IMG/VR virus record: IMGVR_UViG_3300025018_000086
Span: 1 to 32,399 of that record
DNA from: a virus
Lineage: Duplodnaviria; Caudoviricetes
DNA: 32,399 nucleotides
Reading direction: 5' to 3' (one strand)
Every line of letters begins with the position of its first letter. Within the stretch, counting starts at the first letter, position 1. Below the pieces are notes generated by a model, which saw only the letters and a program-made list of their open reading frames with translations, did not search any database and was not told the DNA's origin. Made by a program: the position numbers and the translations under genes. Below are positions 1-8,270 of the stretch, one piece after another.

Positions 1-127
1 ACGACGCAGAGCAGATCGAGAACGTAGGCAAGCGCCTAGACCAGGGCACCGAGAGTAAAACCGACGCTATTATGCGACTGGACAACCTGGACCGCGAGGA
101 CGCAGCCGAAAAAGCCAAGCGAATTAC
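1..127. repeat. Terminal direct repeat (left copy), circular-assembly overlap
   Basis: nt 1-127 are identical to nt 32273-32399; lies inside the portal ORF; 127 is a common assembler k-mer size. Confidence 0.95.
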
Positions 128-197
128 CGAGGAGAACGGTGTAGCGGTCCCTACTAGCACGGTCCCGAACATTGGCGGCACTAGCGGCGGGGCTTAG
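1..197 (+). CDS. Portal protein, C-terminal part (continues from 31039 across the junction)
   Basis: Frame starting at nt 3 (DAEQIENVGKRLDQGTESKTDAIMRLDNLDREDAAEKAKRITEE...GA*) is in frame with the ORF from 31039; TAG at 195-197. Confidence 0.9.
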   Translation, partial: DAEQIENVGKRLDQGTESKTDAIMRLDNLDREDAAEKAKRITEENGVAVPTSTVPNIGGTSGGA

Positions 198-199
198 CC

Positions 200-1789
200 A
201 TGCCGAATATACCGCAGCGCGAACCCTTTAGAGAGAGCGACCTAAGGCGACTAGAGAGCATTTATAAAAGTGCAGGCCGTAAGATTATGGCCACCTTTGA
301 CGAGCAGACCGACTTTGAACAGTTTAGGCGTGCTGGCATTATGCGCCAGATCGAGCAAATACTAGGCGAGGCAGGCGTGGAAACTGGGGCCTGGCTCGAC
401 GACGTACTGCCTGCTACCTACCAGCGTGGCACTGGCGACGTTATTAAGCAGCTAGGCACCATAAACGCCCCTATGCGCGAGGCTACGGCATTTAACGTAA
501 TAGACCGCCGTGCTGTGGAGGTCCTAGTTAGTGAAACGCAGGAGGCTTTTGCTACTGCGCTTACGACGGTGGGCCGCACAGCAGGCCAGCTACTGAGCCA
601 GGCCGTTAAGGACCAAATTACGCTAGAGATCGCAGAGGGTGCCCTAACGGGTGCAGGCCGCCGTGCCATATCGGACCGAGTAAAGGCCTCGCTTAAAGCT
701 GGGGGTGTTACTGGCCTTGTGGATAAACGGGGTGCTAAATGGGAGCTGGACCGCTACGCAGCCATGCTAGCCCGCACTAAGCTAATGGAGGCCCGCAATA
801 CTGGAGTGGCTAATAAAATGCTGCAGAACGGCTACGACCTCGTGGAGATCACGGGCGGCAACTCTACCCACAGCGCCTGCGCTAAATGGGAATATAAAAT
901 AGTAAGCCTTATGGGCAAAACTGAGGGCTACCCTACACTGGCCGACGCTAAGGCCGACGGCATATTCCACCCTAACTGCCAGCACCACTACAATATCGTC
1001 CACAGCAACCTGGCCGCTATGACCAAGGCATATAACCCTAATACTGGAATGTACGAAAAACCAAGCTGGGGCGAACCTCGCGCAGGCATACCGAGCGCTG
1101 CAGGTGGCCGCCAAACTAAAAAGAAAATTGCCGAGGGTGTTACCCGCGTAAGCAATGCAGGCAGCCAGACGCTCGTAGTGCCTAATGGTAAAAGCCAGCA
1201 GGTATTTAAACTAAGCCCGCTGGAGGCCCGCGTGGTCCGCGAAAACAATATCGTGCCAACAGCCAAGCCGCCGCGCAGCCGCTGGGCCCCTAACACACGT
1301 GGCGTATATTCTGAGCGACCTATTTACGACAGCAGCCGCCAAATTGTGGGCGTTACTCGCCAGCTACATATTAGGCCAGGACCTGCAGGCAAACGCGTGC
1401 AGCATACGGTATACCACGAAATAGGCCACGCGATCGACGCAATGAACGTACACACCGACGGCTACAATAGCGGGCAAAAACTAAACCGCCGTGCTGATAT
1501 ATTCGCAGCTATCCAGGCCGACAAAACAGCCATAGTGGCCGAGCGATTAAAGCGCGACCTGGCAGCCGACCTAACGCCCGAGGAGCTTACGCTCGTGGCC
1601 CAGGGCCGCACGGTCCGCAAGGTAAGCAAGGACGGCCGCACTGGCATATTTAGCATGGGCAAATGGGGAACGTATGCACGCAGCGAGAGCGAGGTATTTG
1701 CGGACGCTTACGGTGCCTGGCGTATGGACCCTAAGGGCTTTAAAAAGATCGCGCCCAATTTAACTAAAGTATTTGAGGAGCTACTATAA
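200..1789 (+). CDS. Minor head protein (MuF/minor capsid-like) with C-terminal zincin metallopeptidase domain
   Basis: Directly after portal; N-terminal part has ARTKLMEARN and C...HPNCQH motifs typical of minor capsid proteins; C-terminus has HEIGHAID and a downstream SESEVFADAY third-ligand motif. Confidence 0.85.
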   Translation: MPNIPQREPFRESDLRRLESIYKSAGRKIMATFDEQTDFEQFRRAGIMRQIEQILGEAGVETGAWLDDVLPATYQRGTGDVIKQLGTINAPMREATAFNVIDRRAVEVLVSETQEAFATALTTVGRTAGQLLSQAVKDQITLEIAEGALTGAGRRAISDRVKASLKAGGVTGLVDKRGAKWELDRYAAMLARTKLMEARNTGVANKMLQNGYDLVEITGGNSTHSACAKWEYKIVSLMGKTEGYPTLADAKADGIFHPNCQHHYNIVHSNLAAMTKAYNPNTGMYEKPSWGEPRAGIPSAAGGRQTKKKIAEGVTRVSNAGSQTLVVPNGKSQQVFKLSPLEARVVRENNIVPTAKPPRSRWAPNTRGVYSERPIYDSSRQIVGVTRQLHIRPGPAGKRVQHTVYHEIGHAIDAMNVHTDGYNSGQKLNRRADIFAAIQADKTAIVAERLKRDLAADLTPEELTLVAQGRTVRKVSKDGRTGIFSMGKWGTYARSESEVFADAYGAWRMDPKGFKKIAPNLTKVFEELL

Positions 1790-1917
1790 TGGCTGAAATA
1801 GACGCACACGCTATAGTAACGATCGTGCCACCAGACGGCGACGAGGAGGCGGCTATCGCTAAGACCGAGGCCGACCTAGACGAGGCCCTGGCTGAGGACG
1901 AACAGGCCGCCGAATAA
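1789..1917 (+). CDS. 42-aa acidic peptide, candidate immunity/inhibitor of the MuF peptidase
   Basis: ATG overlaps the upstream stop (TAATG); MAEIDAHAIVTIVPPDGDEEAAIAKTEADLDEALAEDEQAAE*; codon usage matches the genome. Confidence 0.7.
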   Translation: MAEIDAHAIVTIVPPDGDEEAAIAKTEADLDEALAEDEQAAE

Positions 1918-2064
1918 ATAAAGTGCACACGCTTGCAATGGTCCCGCCTGGCGTTTAAGGTAGGTAGGTGGCAAGCCCACACCGCGTGCAGCTGCGCGAT
2001 AAAATGCAATAGCCTGCGGTCCGAAACTTCCCTGGACAAACGCTGCAGAATTGAGGCTAAAGAG

Positions 2065-2086
2065 GTCCCCCCTGGGGGGCTTTTTT
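2065..2086 (+). terminator. Rho-independent terminator ending the portal/MuF transcript
   Basis: GTCCCC-CCTG-GGGGGC stem followed by TTTTTT. Confidence 0.75.
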
Positions 2087-2293
2087 AGTGTAAAAACCAC
2101 TTCCCCGACCACTTCCCCGCTGTTTTAACCCCCCCGTACAAATTTACAACACTTAACAGGGGTGGAGAGGGGGCACCACGGTAGGGTAGGGGAGTGGTGG
2201 CTAAGGTGTTAGCGCAAAAAATAGCGCGATCATAGGCTCGATAGGGGAGTGCCCCATAGCGCCCACTAATAGTAACCACTATACTAATCACTA

Positions 2294-2413
2294 ATGGACG
2301 ACAGACAACCCTGCGGAGCGCACGGCTCGGACCAAAACGGCCGCGCCATTTTCGATCATACCTGCGACGATTGTATGCTGCCCGAGCCACACCTCGACCC
2401 GCCCGAGCTGTAA
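2294..2413 (+). CDS. 39-aa putative zinc-binding microprotein
   Basis: MDDRQPCGAHGSDQNGRAIFDHTCDDCMLPEPHLDPPEL* (CxxH...CxxC); TATACT at 2280-2285, 8 nt before ATG. Confidence 0.5.
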   Translation: MDDRQPCGAHGSDQNGRAIFDHTCDDCMLPEPHLDPPEL

Positions 2414-2434
2414 TAACATAAGCCCTATTGCAGC

Positions 2435-2454
2435 TGTGGATAACTTGTGCAAAA
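2435..2454. promoter_or_regulatory. Tandem DnaA-box pair
   Basis: TGTGGATAA (2435-2443) and TGTGCAAAA (2446-2454); both match TTWTNCACA on the - strand, 11-bp period. Confidence 0.7.
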
Positions 2455-2516
2455 ATAGGGATAGCTTTAGCGTGTACGAGCACGTAAAAAGACGATACTA
2501 AAGTAAAGGAGTTACT

Positions 2517-3254
2517 ATGGACCCAGCCAACCAAAACGGAGCAGGTGCGGGCGACGCAGGCAACGGTGGCACCCCACCAGCAGGCGACGCGAACATTAAC
2601 AATAACGGCAACCAGAACCCAAACGGGAACGGAGCCAACGGCCAGGGATCGACCCCCCCTGCTAACGGAAACGGTAGCGGAAACGGCGCAGGCCAAGGCG
2701 ACGGGGGCGTGCAGCTTACCGACGAGCAGCTAGCCGCTGCGTTTAACCACCCGCGTTTTAAGTCCCTAAATGAACGGGCTAAAAAAGCGGACGAGTTAGA
2801 ACGCCAGCAGCAAGAGGCCGCCGAAAAAGCAGCCAAGGAGCAAGGAAAATTTGAGGACCTTTATAAGTCCGCAAATGAACGAGCCGAAAAGGCCGAGGCA
2901 GCAGCTAAGCAATTCCGTATTGAAAATGCGGTAAGCCTAGAGGCAGCCAAGCTGGGCGTAATTGACCCAGCAGCAGCTATTAAACTTATGGACCAGAGCG
3001 GCATACAAGTTAGCGACGACGGTGCAATAAGTGGAGTAGCTGAGGCAGTTAAAGCCTTGCAGCAGTCCAGCCCATACCTATTTAAAACGCCAGCGCAGGG
3101 CAGCGTAGGCGGGGGAGATACAAACCCAGCAGGCGGTGGCAACACAGCCAGCGAGTTTACCTACAGCCAGATACAGGACCTAGCTTTTTATAAAGCTAAC
3201 CAGCCTGCGATCGACAAGGCCGTAGCTGAGGGCCGTATTGACATGAGCAAGTAA
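2517..3254 (+). CDS. Capsid scaffolding protein
   Basis: Low-complexity G/N-rich N-terminus, coiled coil, PYLF motif near the C-terminus; precedes MCP; SD AAGGAG. Confidence 0.85.
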   Translation: MDPANQNGAGAGDAGNGGTPPAGDANINNNGNQNPNGNGANGQGSTPPANGNGSGNGAGQGDGGVQLTDEQLAAAFNHPRFKSLNERAKKADELERQQQEAAEKAAKEQGKFEDLYKSANERAEKAEAAAKQFRIENAVSLEAAKLGVIDPAAAIKLMDQSGIQVSDDGAISGVAEAVKALQQSSPYLFKTPAQGSVGGGDTNPAGGGNTASEFTYSQIQDLAFYKANQPAIDKAVAEGRIDMSK

Positions 3255-3341
3255 TTGCTCGGTAGTAACTTTGGCGCTTTAGTGGCGCAAAACCACACAA
3301 CCTACCAACCCATTTAAAAATAAGAAAGTGATTTAAATATC

Positions 3342-4256
3342 ATGGACAACAGTGCATTACTAGCAACTACGATTGCTAACAAAACTATTGGCTACTTTGG
3401 CAAGTACATGAACCTTGCAGCAACAGTAGCCCGCGACTGGGACTACGAACCAGCAACCGAGGGCGAGGCCGTAAAGATCGGTAAACGCGGTGCCCTTACA
3501 GCTAACACTAAGACAGCAGGCGGCGACGTTACCATGCAGAGCCCTGCAGCCACTGGCGTTACTGTTACCCTCGACACCCATAAAGAGGTAACTATCGACC
3601 TTACCGACGTTACTAAAGCTAAGCAGGCTAAAAAGCTCGACATTATGGAAGGCTACGCTAAAGACGCAGCAGCCGTATTGCTCGAAACTGTAGAGGACGC
3701 ACTTGCTGCCCTTTACGCCAGCCTTACTAGCACGGCCGTAACATTCGACGCTACTAGCACCGCAACTAAAAAGGCTAGCCTTTTGAACCTGCGCAAGGCG
3801 TTTACCGACGCTAAGGTGCCTAAGAGCGAACAGCGTTACCTTTACCTCGGTAGCCAGTCTACTACTGAGATCATGGAGGAAGATAGCTTTACACGTGTAG
3901 ACGCAGTAGGCCAAAACGAAACGCTGGAAAGCGGACAAATTGCCCGCCCACTCTTTGGCTTTAAGCCATTCGAGAGCCAGAGCGTCGTAGTTACTGGTAC
4001 TACCCCTACAGCTGTAGAGCACAATATCGCCTACACTAAGGACGCATTTGTAGTAGCCACTCGACCACTGCCAGCACCAGCTAGCGGCCTCGGAGTTATT
4101 AGCAACGTCGTCGTAGACCCTGAAACGGGTATTGCACTACGCACGATCTTAAGCTACAACAGCAACAAACTTGCTGAGCAGCTTACTATCGACTTGCTAT
4201 TCGGTGTTAAGGTCCTCGACCAGCGCCGCGCAATTCCGTTTAACCTTACTTACTAA
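3342..4256 (+). CDS. Major capsid protein (HK97 fold)
   Basis: 304 aa after scaffold; GEAVKI, VTVTLDTHK, GQIARPLFGF and DLLFGVKVL motifs; followed by a terminator. Confidence 0.9.
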   Translation: MDNSALLATTIANKTIGYFGKYMNLAATVARDWDYEPATEGEAVKIGKRGALTANTKTAGGDVTMQSPAATGVTVTLDTHKEVTIDLTDVTKAKQAKKLDIMEGYAKDAAAVLLETVEDALAALYASLTSTAVTFDATSTATKKASLLNLRKAFTDAKVPKSEQRYLYLGSQSTTEIMEEDSFTRVDAVGQNETLESGQIARPLFGFKPFESQSVVVTGTTPTAVEHNIAYTKDAFVVATRPLPAPASGLGVISNVVVDPETGIALRTILSYNSNKLAEQLTIDLLFGVKVLDQRRAIPFNLTY

Positions 4257-4278
4257 GGTTAGCCACTCGGTCCAGGAG

Positions 4279-4301
4279 AGCCCCAGCAATGGGGCTTTTT
4301 T
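4279..4301 (+). terminator. Rho-independent terminator after MCP
   Basis: AGCCCC-AGCAAT-GGGGCT followed by T run. Confidence 0.85.
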
Positions 4302-4350
4302 GGTGCTATAATTAAAACACAAACGTAATAAGTAAGAGGAGTAAATTTAT

Positions 4351-4902
4351 ATGGCCGAAACAAACGAACCGACCAACCAGCACGGGGACCCAGTAGACGA
4401 CAGCGTTATGCTGCTCGTAAACCCAGGGGGCCGCGTAGTAGCTGTAAATAAAGAACATGGCGAGCAACTGCTCGAGAGTGGCGACGGCTTTAAAAAGGCC
4501 CCTAAGGGCTCGCGTGAGGGCGACAGCCTGGACGCTAACGGCGAACCAGTCCACGCGCAAAACGAATTAGTGCCGCGCGGCTCGAGCGAGGAGGACGCTA
4601 AAAAGGTGGCCGAATTGCAGGGAACCCCTGAAAATGTACGCCGCCAGGCTGCAGCCGACCCTACTAACGATAATGTAGTTAGCACCCAGGGCCAGGAAAA
4701 CATGGACACCGACAAAAACGCCAGCGACCCAGGCGCAGGCGGTGTAGGCGATAGCAACACCGACAACGGCGACCACCCTAATACTACTGGCCAACCTAAT
4801 AGCACCGCTGCAGACGAGGCCGTAGTAAATGGCCAAGCCAGCACTGGCGACGCTAACGAAAACAAGGCAGGCCGCTTTTTCGGACGCGGTAAAAAGAAAT
4901 AG
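4351..4902 (+). CDS. Hypothetical acidic, largely disordered protein (head region)
   Basis: TGCTATAAT extended -10 at 4304-4312 and SD GAGGAG; short folded LLVNPGGRVVAV segment then D/N/G-rich tail. Confidence 0.75.
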   Translation: MAETNEPTNQHGDPVDDSVMLLVNPGGRVVAVNKEHGEQLLESGDGFKKAPKGSREGDSLDANGEPVHAQNELVPRGSSEEDAKKVAELQGTPENVRRQAAADPTNDNVVSTQGQENMDTDKNASDPGAGGVGDSNTDNGDHPNTTGQPNSTAADEAVVNGQASTGDANENKAGRFFGRGKKK

Positions 4903-4904
4903 CC

Positions 4905-5180
4905 GTGGCTGATCGCAGCAAAACTACCATGGTAATTAAGGAGCTCGTAGTGCCTGAGGGCACCGAGGACCTAGTAATTAACGTGGAGGCCCAGCGCGGC
5001 GATCATACCTATAAATTGCCCTACCATATTAAGGCGGCGAACGTGGCCAAATTTGACCGCGACGCACTTATGGCTCGAGTATTCGAGGACGTAGACGCTT
5101 TAGTAGAGCAGGACAATAAAAAGGCTGCCGTAGTATCGAGGCTCGAGGGCCTGGTGGGCAAAACAATTAAGCTAGACTAA
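4905..5180 (+). CDS. Hypothetical protein
   Basis: GTG start 2 nt after the previous stop; genome-typical codon usage. Confidence 0.7.
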   Translation: MADRSKTTMVIKELVVPEGTEDLVINVEAQRGDHTYKLPYHIKAANVAKFDRDALMARVFEDVDALVEQDNKKAAVVSRLEGLVGKTIKLD

Positions 5181-5202
5181 TAGGCACCTGTTTACCTAGC
5201 AA

Positions 5203-5230
5203 GCAGCACCCGCAAATAGGGTGCTGTTTT
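5203..5230 (+). terminator. Rho-independent terminator
   Basis: GCAGCACCC-GCAAATA-GGGTGCTGT followed by T run. Confidence 0.85.
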
Positions 5231-5234
5231 TATT

Positions 5235-5256
5235 GCGCTAGTGCTACAATAATGAT
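5235..5256 (+). promoter_or_regulatory. Leaderless extended -10 promoter with operator motif
   Basis: GCGCTAGTGC-TACAAT, then 6 nt, then ATG 5257; no SD. Confidence 0.7.
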
Positions 5257-5964
5257 ATGGAAACAGCACGCGGCTATTTAAGTAAAACAGAACTAACCAC
5301 CCTGGCCCCAGGCGTAACTGGCACCGACCCAGAAAAGCTGGCACTTATTGAACGTGCCGAGGCGCTGATCGACAGCTATATAGGCCGCCAGGACCAAGCT
5401 GTGCGCGAATTACGAGGCCTAGCCCGTGCAGGTGGCGCAAGTACCCTGCAGCTCGCAGCAGACGACACACAGGCCGCTAATGGCGTAAATTACCTAAAGG
5501 GCTGCACGATCGAGATTTTAGACGGTACAGGCGCAGGCGAGAGCAAGCGTATTGCTAGCCAGGCGATCGACGGCACCGTAACTACTGAGAGTGCATGGAC
5601 CACCGCGCCAGACGCTACCAGCTATTACCGCGTATACCAGGTGGGCAAATTACCCCGCCGTGCTACTGACTTAAAAAATGACACTGTGAACGGTGTAAAC
5701 ACCTACTTTAGAATTATCCCGCAAGTGGTAAAGCAGGCAGTGGCTGCCCAGGCCGAATATATCCAGCAAATGGGCGAGGCTTATTTTACTGGCGGCGACA
5801 GCAATATGCAGAGCGAGAGCAGCGACGGCTATAGCTACACTAGAGGGGAGAACGGCACGAACGGCAAGGGGCTTATAGCGCCTGCGGTCCGCAGCCTGCT
5901 AGCTGGGAGCGGTATTATAAACCGCACTGGCGGCGGTATTATCGTGCCTAATTCGATTTTATGA
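5257..5964 (+). CDS. Head-tail adaptor (SPP1 gp15-like) with inserted beta domain
   Basis: YLSKTEL...LIERAEALIDSYIG, IPQVVKQAVAAQAEY and SESSDGYSYT motifs. Confidence 0.75.
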   Translation: METARGYLSKTELTTLAPGVTGTDPEKLALIERAEALIDSYIGRQDQAVRELRGLARAGGASTLQLAADDTQAANGVNYLKGCTIEILDGTGAGESKRIASQAIDGTVTTESAWTTAPDATSYYRVYQVGKLPRRATDLKNDTVNGVNTYFRIIPQVVKQAVAAQAEYIQQMGEAYFTGGDSNMQSESSDGYSYTRGENGTNGKGLIAPAVRSLLAGSGIINRTGGGIIVPNSIL

Positions 5965-6302
5965 GCTACCTAAGCACCCTACAGCAAACAGCCACCCTAG
6001 AGCCTATTACGGGCACCGACGACTACAGTAAGCCGACTTTTGGCGCTGCTGTTACTATTAAGTGCCGCGTGGTCCTAAAAGGCGTTACTAAATTTGCCAG
6101 TATGCAGGGCCGAGGGTCCGCTAGCGAGCTTACTACAGTAAATGCAGTGGCGAGGGTCCCAGTAAACACCGTGGCCAGCGTAGGCGATAAATTTACATTT
6201 AACGGCGACGTGTATAAGGTAGTAGGCCGACGCGAAACCCCTAACCATAGTGGCCAGGTATTCGCATTAAACCTGGAGCTAGCACTATGGCCGCAGATGT
6301 AA
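5961..6302 (+). CDS. Head closure / head-tail stopper protein
   Basis: TDDYSKPTFG..IKCR and GDKFTFNGDVYKV beta-rich pattern; synteny. Confidence 0.7.
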   Translation: MSYLSTLQQTATLEPITGTDDYSKPTFGAAVTIKCRVVLKGVTKFASMQGRGSASELTTVNAVARVPVNTVASVGDKFTFNGDVYKVVGRRETPNHSGQVFALNLELALWPQM

Positions 6303-6652
6303 AAATAGAGCTCGACGTAAGCGACTTTTTGCGCACGATCGACAAAACACTGCCAGCTTTTTTAAAGGCTAGCGACAAGGCCGAGGACGAGATCGCGGAC
6401 GAGGTGCTGCGCCTGAGTGGCCACGAGGTCCCTAAGGACGAGGGCGTGCTGGAGGGCACGGGAGTAGCAGACCGCGACGGCCAGGGCGCTTTTGTGGGCT
6501 ACAATACCCCGTATGCTGCCAGGCTGCACGAGCACCCAGAGTACGCTTTTCAAAAAGGCCGTAAAGGTAAATACCTCGAGGACCCTATTAAAGAAAACCT
6601 AAAACCACTGGGCGAGCATTACGTAAGCACGGTACAGGAGGCCCTGAAATGA
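6287..6652 (+). CDS. HK97 gp10-like neck / tail-completion protein
   Basis: VPKDEGVLEGT, VGYNTPYAARLHE and GKYLEDP motifs. Confidence 0.8.
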   Translation: MAADVKIELDVSDFLRTIDKTLPAFLKASDKAEDEIADEVLRLSGHEVPKDEGVLEGTGVADRDGQGAFVGYNTPYAARLHEHPEYAFQKGRKGKYLEDPIKENLKPLGEHYVSTVQEALK

Positions 6653-7023
6653 ACATAATAAAAGCCGTTAAAACATTGCTAGTGGACGCTGGCGTTACTA
6701 CCCCTATTAAAATGGGCAAACAACCAGACAGCCCCGTAGCAGTTATTACTATCCTGGACACTGGCGGCCCGCCGCCTGATATGGAGCTTACAGTGGTCCG
6801 CGAGCCGACATTCCAGCTACTGATTAGGGCGGCCGACTACGAGGCTGCTAAAGCGATCGCTGACTTATGCTGCGCTGCGCTGCACGGTAAAATTGCCGTA
6901 GCCGCTGAGGGGGTCCACTTTTTGAATATCGGACTATTAGCAGAGCCTGGCAGCCTGGGCGATAATGAGCGTGGCGAGCACGAATTTAGCGCCAACTTTA
7001 AGGCCAAGGCCCGAGAGGCCTAG
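6649..7023 (+). CDS. Tail terminator protein
   Basis: PDSPVAVITILDTGG, PTFQLLIRA and LGDNERGEHEFSANF motifs; synteny. Confidence 0.75.
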   Translation: MNIIKAVKTLLVDAGVTTPIKMGKQPDSPVAVITILDTGGPPPDMELTVVREPTFQLLIRAADYEAAKAIADLCCAALHGKIAVAAEGVHFLNIGLLAEPGSLGDNERGEHEFSANFKAKAREA

Positions 7024-7024
7024 C

Positions 7025-7261
7025 ATGGCAAAAGTTACCTGGGACCAGAATTTTGACCGCGAATTTGATAAAAAACACCTACGGGAGTGGCGCTGCAGCA
7101 AGTGCCGCAAACTGCTGGCTATGGAGTACGTGCACAGCGGCAATATAGCCATTAAATGCCAGTGCGGCGAGCTTAACAGGCTTATGTTTAAGTCCCTGGC
7201 ACATAATGATACAATTACTACAGCAACCCCCGCGGGTGGCAAGCATAATAAAACTAAGTAG
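7025..7261 (+). CDS. Mu Com-like zinc-ribbon protein
   Basis: EWRCSKCRKLLA...IAIKCQCGELN resembles the Com family pattern; ATG 7025 follows the previous stop. Confidence 0.65.
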   Translation: MAKVTWDQNFDREFDKKHLREWRCSKCRKLLAMEYVHSGNIAIKCQCGELNRLMFKSLAHNDTITTATPAGGKHNKTK

Positions 7262-7273
7262 GAGGACCATTTT

Positions 7274-7786
7274 ATGGCCGACGCAACAAAAATTGCACTG
7301 GGCGTATGTACTGGAACCTTTGACAGCGTAGCGCTAGGACACACTAAGGGTGGTGTTGAGTGCGTTTATGAGCCAGTATGGCACGATGTTAAGGTGGACC
7401 AATACGGCGACAGCATTGTAAAAAAGCGCCTTATGGGCGAGAAATTTACGGCTAAGGTACCACTTGCCGAATATACAGTAGCTAACCTGGGTATTGGTAT
7501 TCCAGCTGGCACCGTCGTAGGCACGACTGTAAAGCGCCTCGACGTAGGTAGCAGCGCAGGCAAGTCTAGCGACGACCTCGCAGCCACTTTGGTATTAACA
7601 CCAGTGGACGCTACAGGCGACGAGCACACTATTACCATTCCTAAGGCAATGGTAGGCAGCCAGGTAACACTAAGCCACGTAAACGACGGCGAGCGAGTTA
7701 TCGAGTGTACTTTTGAGGCTATTATCGACGAGAGCAAGGCAGACGGCGCACGCCTGTTTAGCATTGGCGACCCAGCAGCAGCCTAA
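7274..7786 (+). CDS. Major tail tube protein
   Basis: LGHTKGGVE, VKVDQYG and KVPLAEYTVANL motifs; SD AGGAGG; position before chaperones. Confidence 0.85.
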   Translation: MADATKIALGVCTGTFDSVALGHTKGGVECVYEPVWHDVKVDQYGDSIVKKRLMGEKFTAKVPLAEYTVANLGIGIPAGTVVGTTVKRLDVGSSAGKSSDDLAATLVLTPVDATGDEHTITIPKAMVGSQVTLSHVNDGERVIECTFEAIIDESKADGARLFSIGDPAAA

Positions 7787-7856
7787 GCACCAAAACTAAC
7801 TAGAGGGCCAATATAGAGCCCCTGCCCTACGGGGCTAAAAAGGAGATCGCGCAATT

Positions 7857-8270
7857 ATGGCAGACACGCCAGTAAAAACTATTACAGTAGAGCTAAGCGA
7901 CGGCAAAACCGTGGAGCTAAGCCTGCTACCCCTAAAATACTATGCGGACCTGCTTAAGGCAGTTACTGGTAGTATTAAAGACATTTTCGAGAACTGGGAC
8001 GGCGTAAGCAATGACCAGATTATCGAGCAGCTACCTACGTTTATTAGTGAACACATGGACGACGCTGCGACTATCGTAAGCGTGGCCACCCGCGGCGAAA
8101 TATCAAAAAAGGACGTACTCGAAACCTACGGGCTCGCTGACGCTGTAGAGATCATTACGGGCGCATTGCAAGTAAATGACGTAGAGCGCATTATGGGCTC
8201 GCTAAAAAAAGCAGCGGCGGTATTCCGCAAGCCCAAAACGGGCAAGCACAGCCAGGGGAGCCAAGCCTAA
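7857..8270 (+). CDS. Tail assembly chaperone (gpG-like)
   Basis: Between MTP and TMP; slippery A AAA AAA at 8204-8210. Confidence 0.8.
   Translation: MADTPVKTITVELSDGKTVELSLLPLKYYADLLKAVTGSIKDIFENWDGVSNDQIIEQLPTFISEHMDDAATIVSVATRGEISKKDVLETYGLADAVEIITGALQVNDVERIMGSLKKAAAVFRKPKTGKHSQGSQA

Noticed and set aside
1-127. 127-bp terminal repeat as a biological DTR
   Set aside because: It falls mid-portal and equals a common assembler k-mer length; best read as a circular-assembly overlap
1930-1990. ATGGTCCC...GGCAA similarity to the HDV ribozyme
   Set aside because: Could not build the P1/P1.1/P3 nested double pseudoknot or place the catalytic C
2085-2696. 203-aa reverse-strand ORF and the many other antisense ORFs in the track
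   Set aside because: They shadow well-supported + strand genes or regulatory DNA and show no SD, no motifs and antisense-like composition
7815-7840. Hairpin AGCCCC...GGGGCT after the major tail gene as a + strand terminator
   Set aside because: Followed by A run rather than T run; more likely a stabilising or attenuating hairpin, so not called as a terminator
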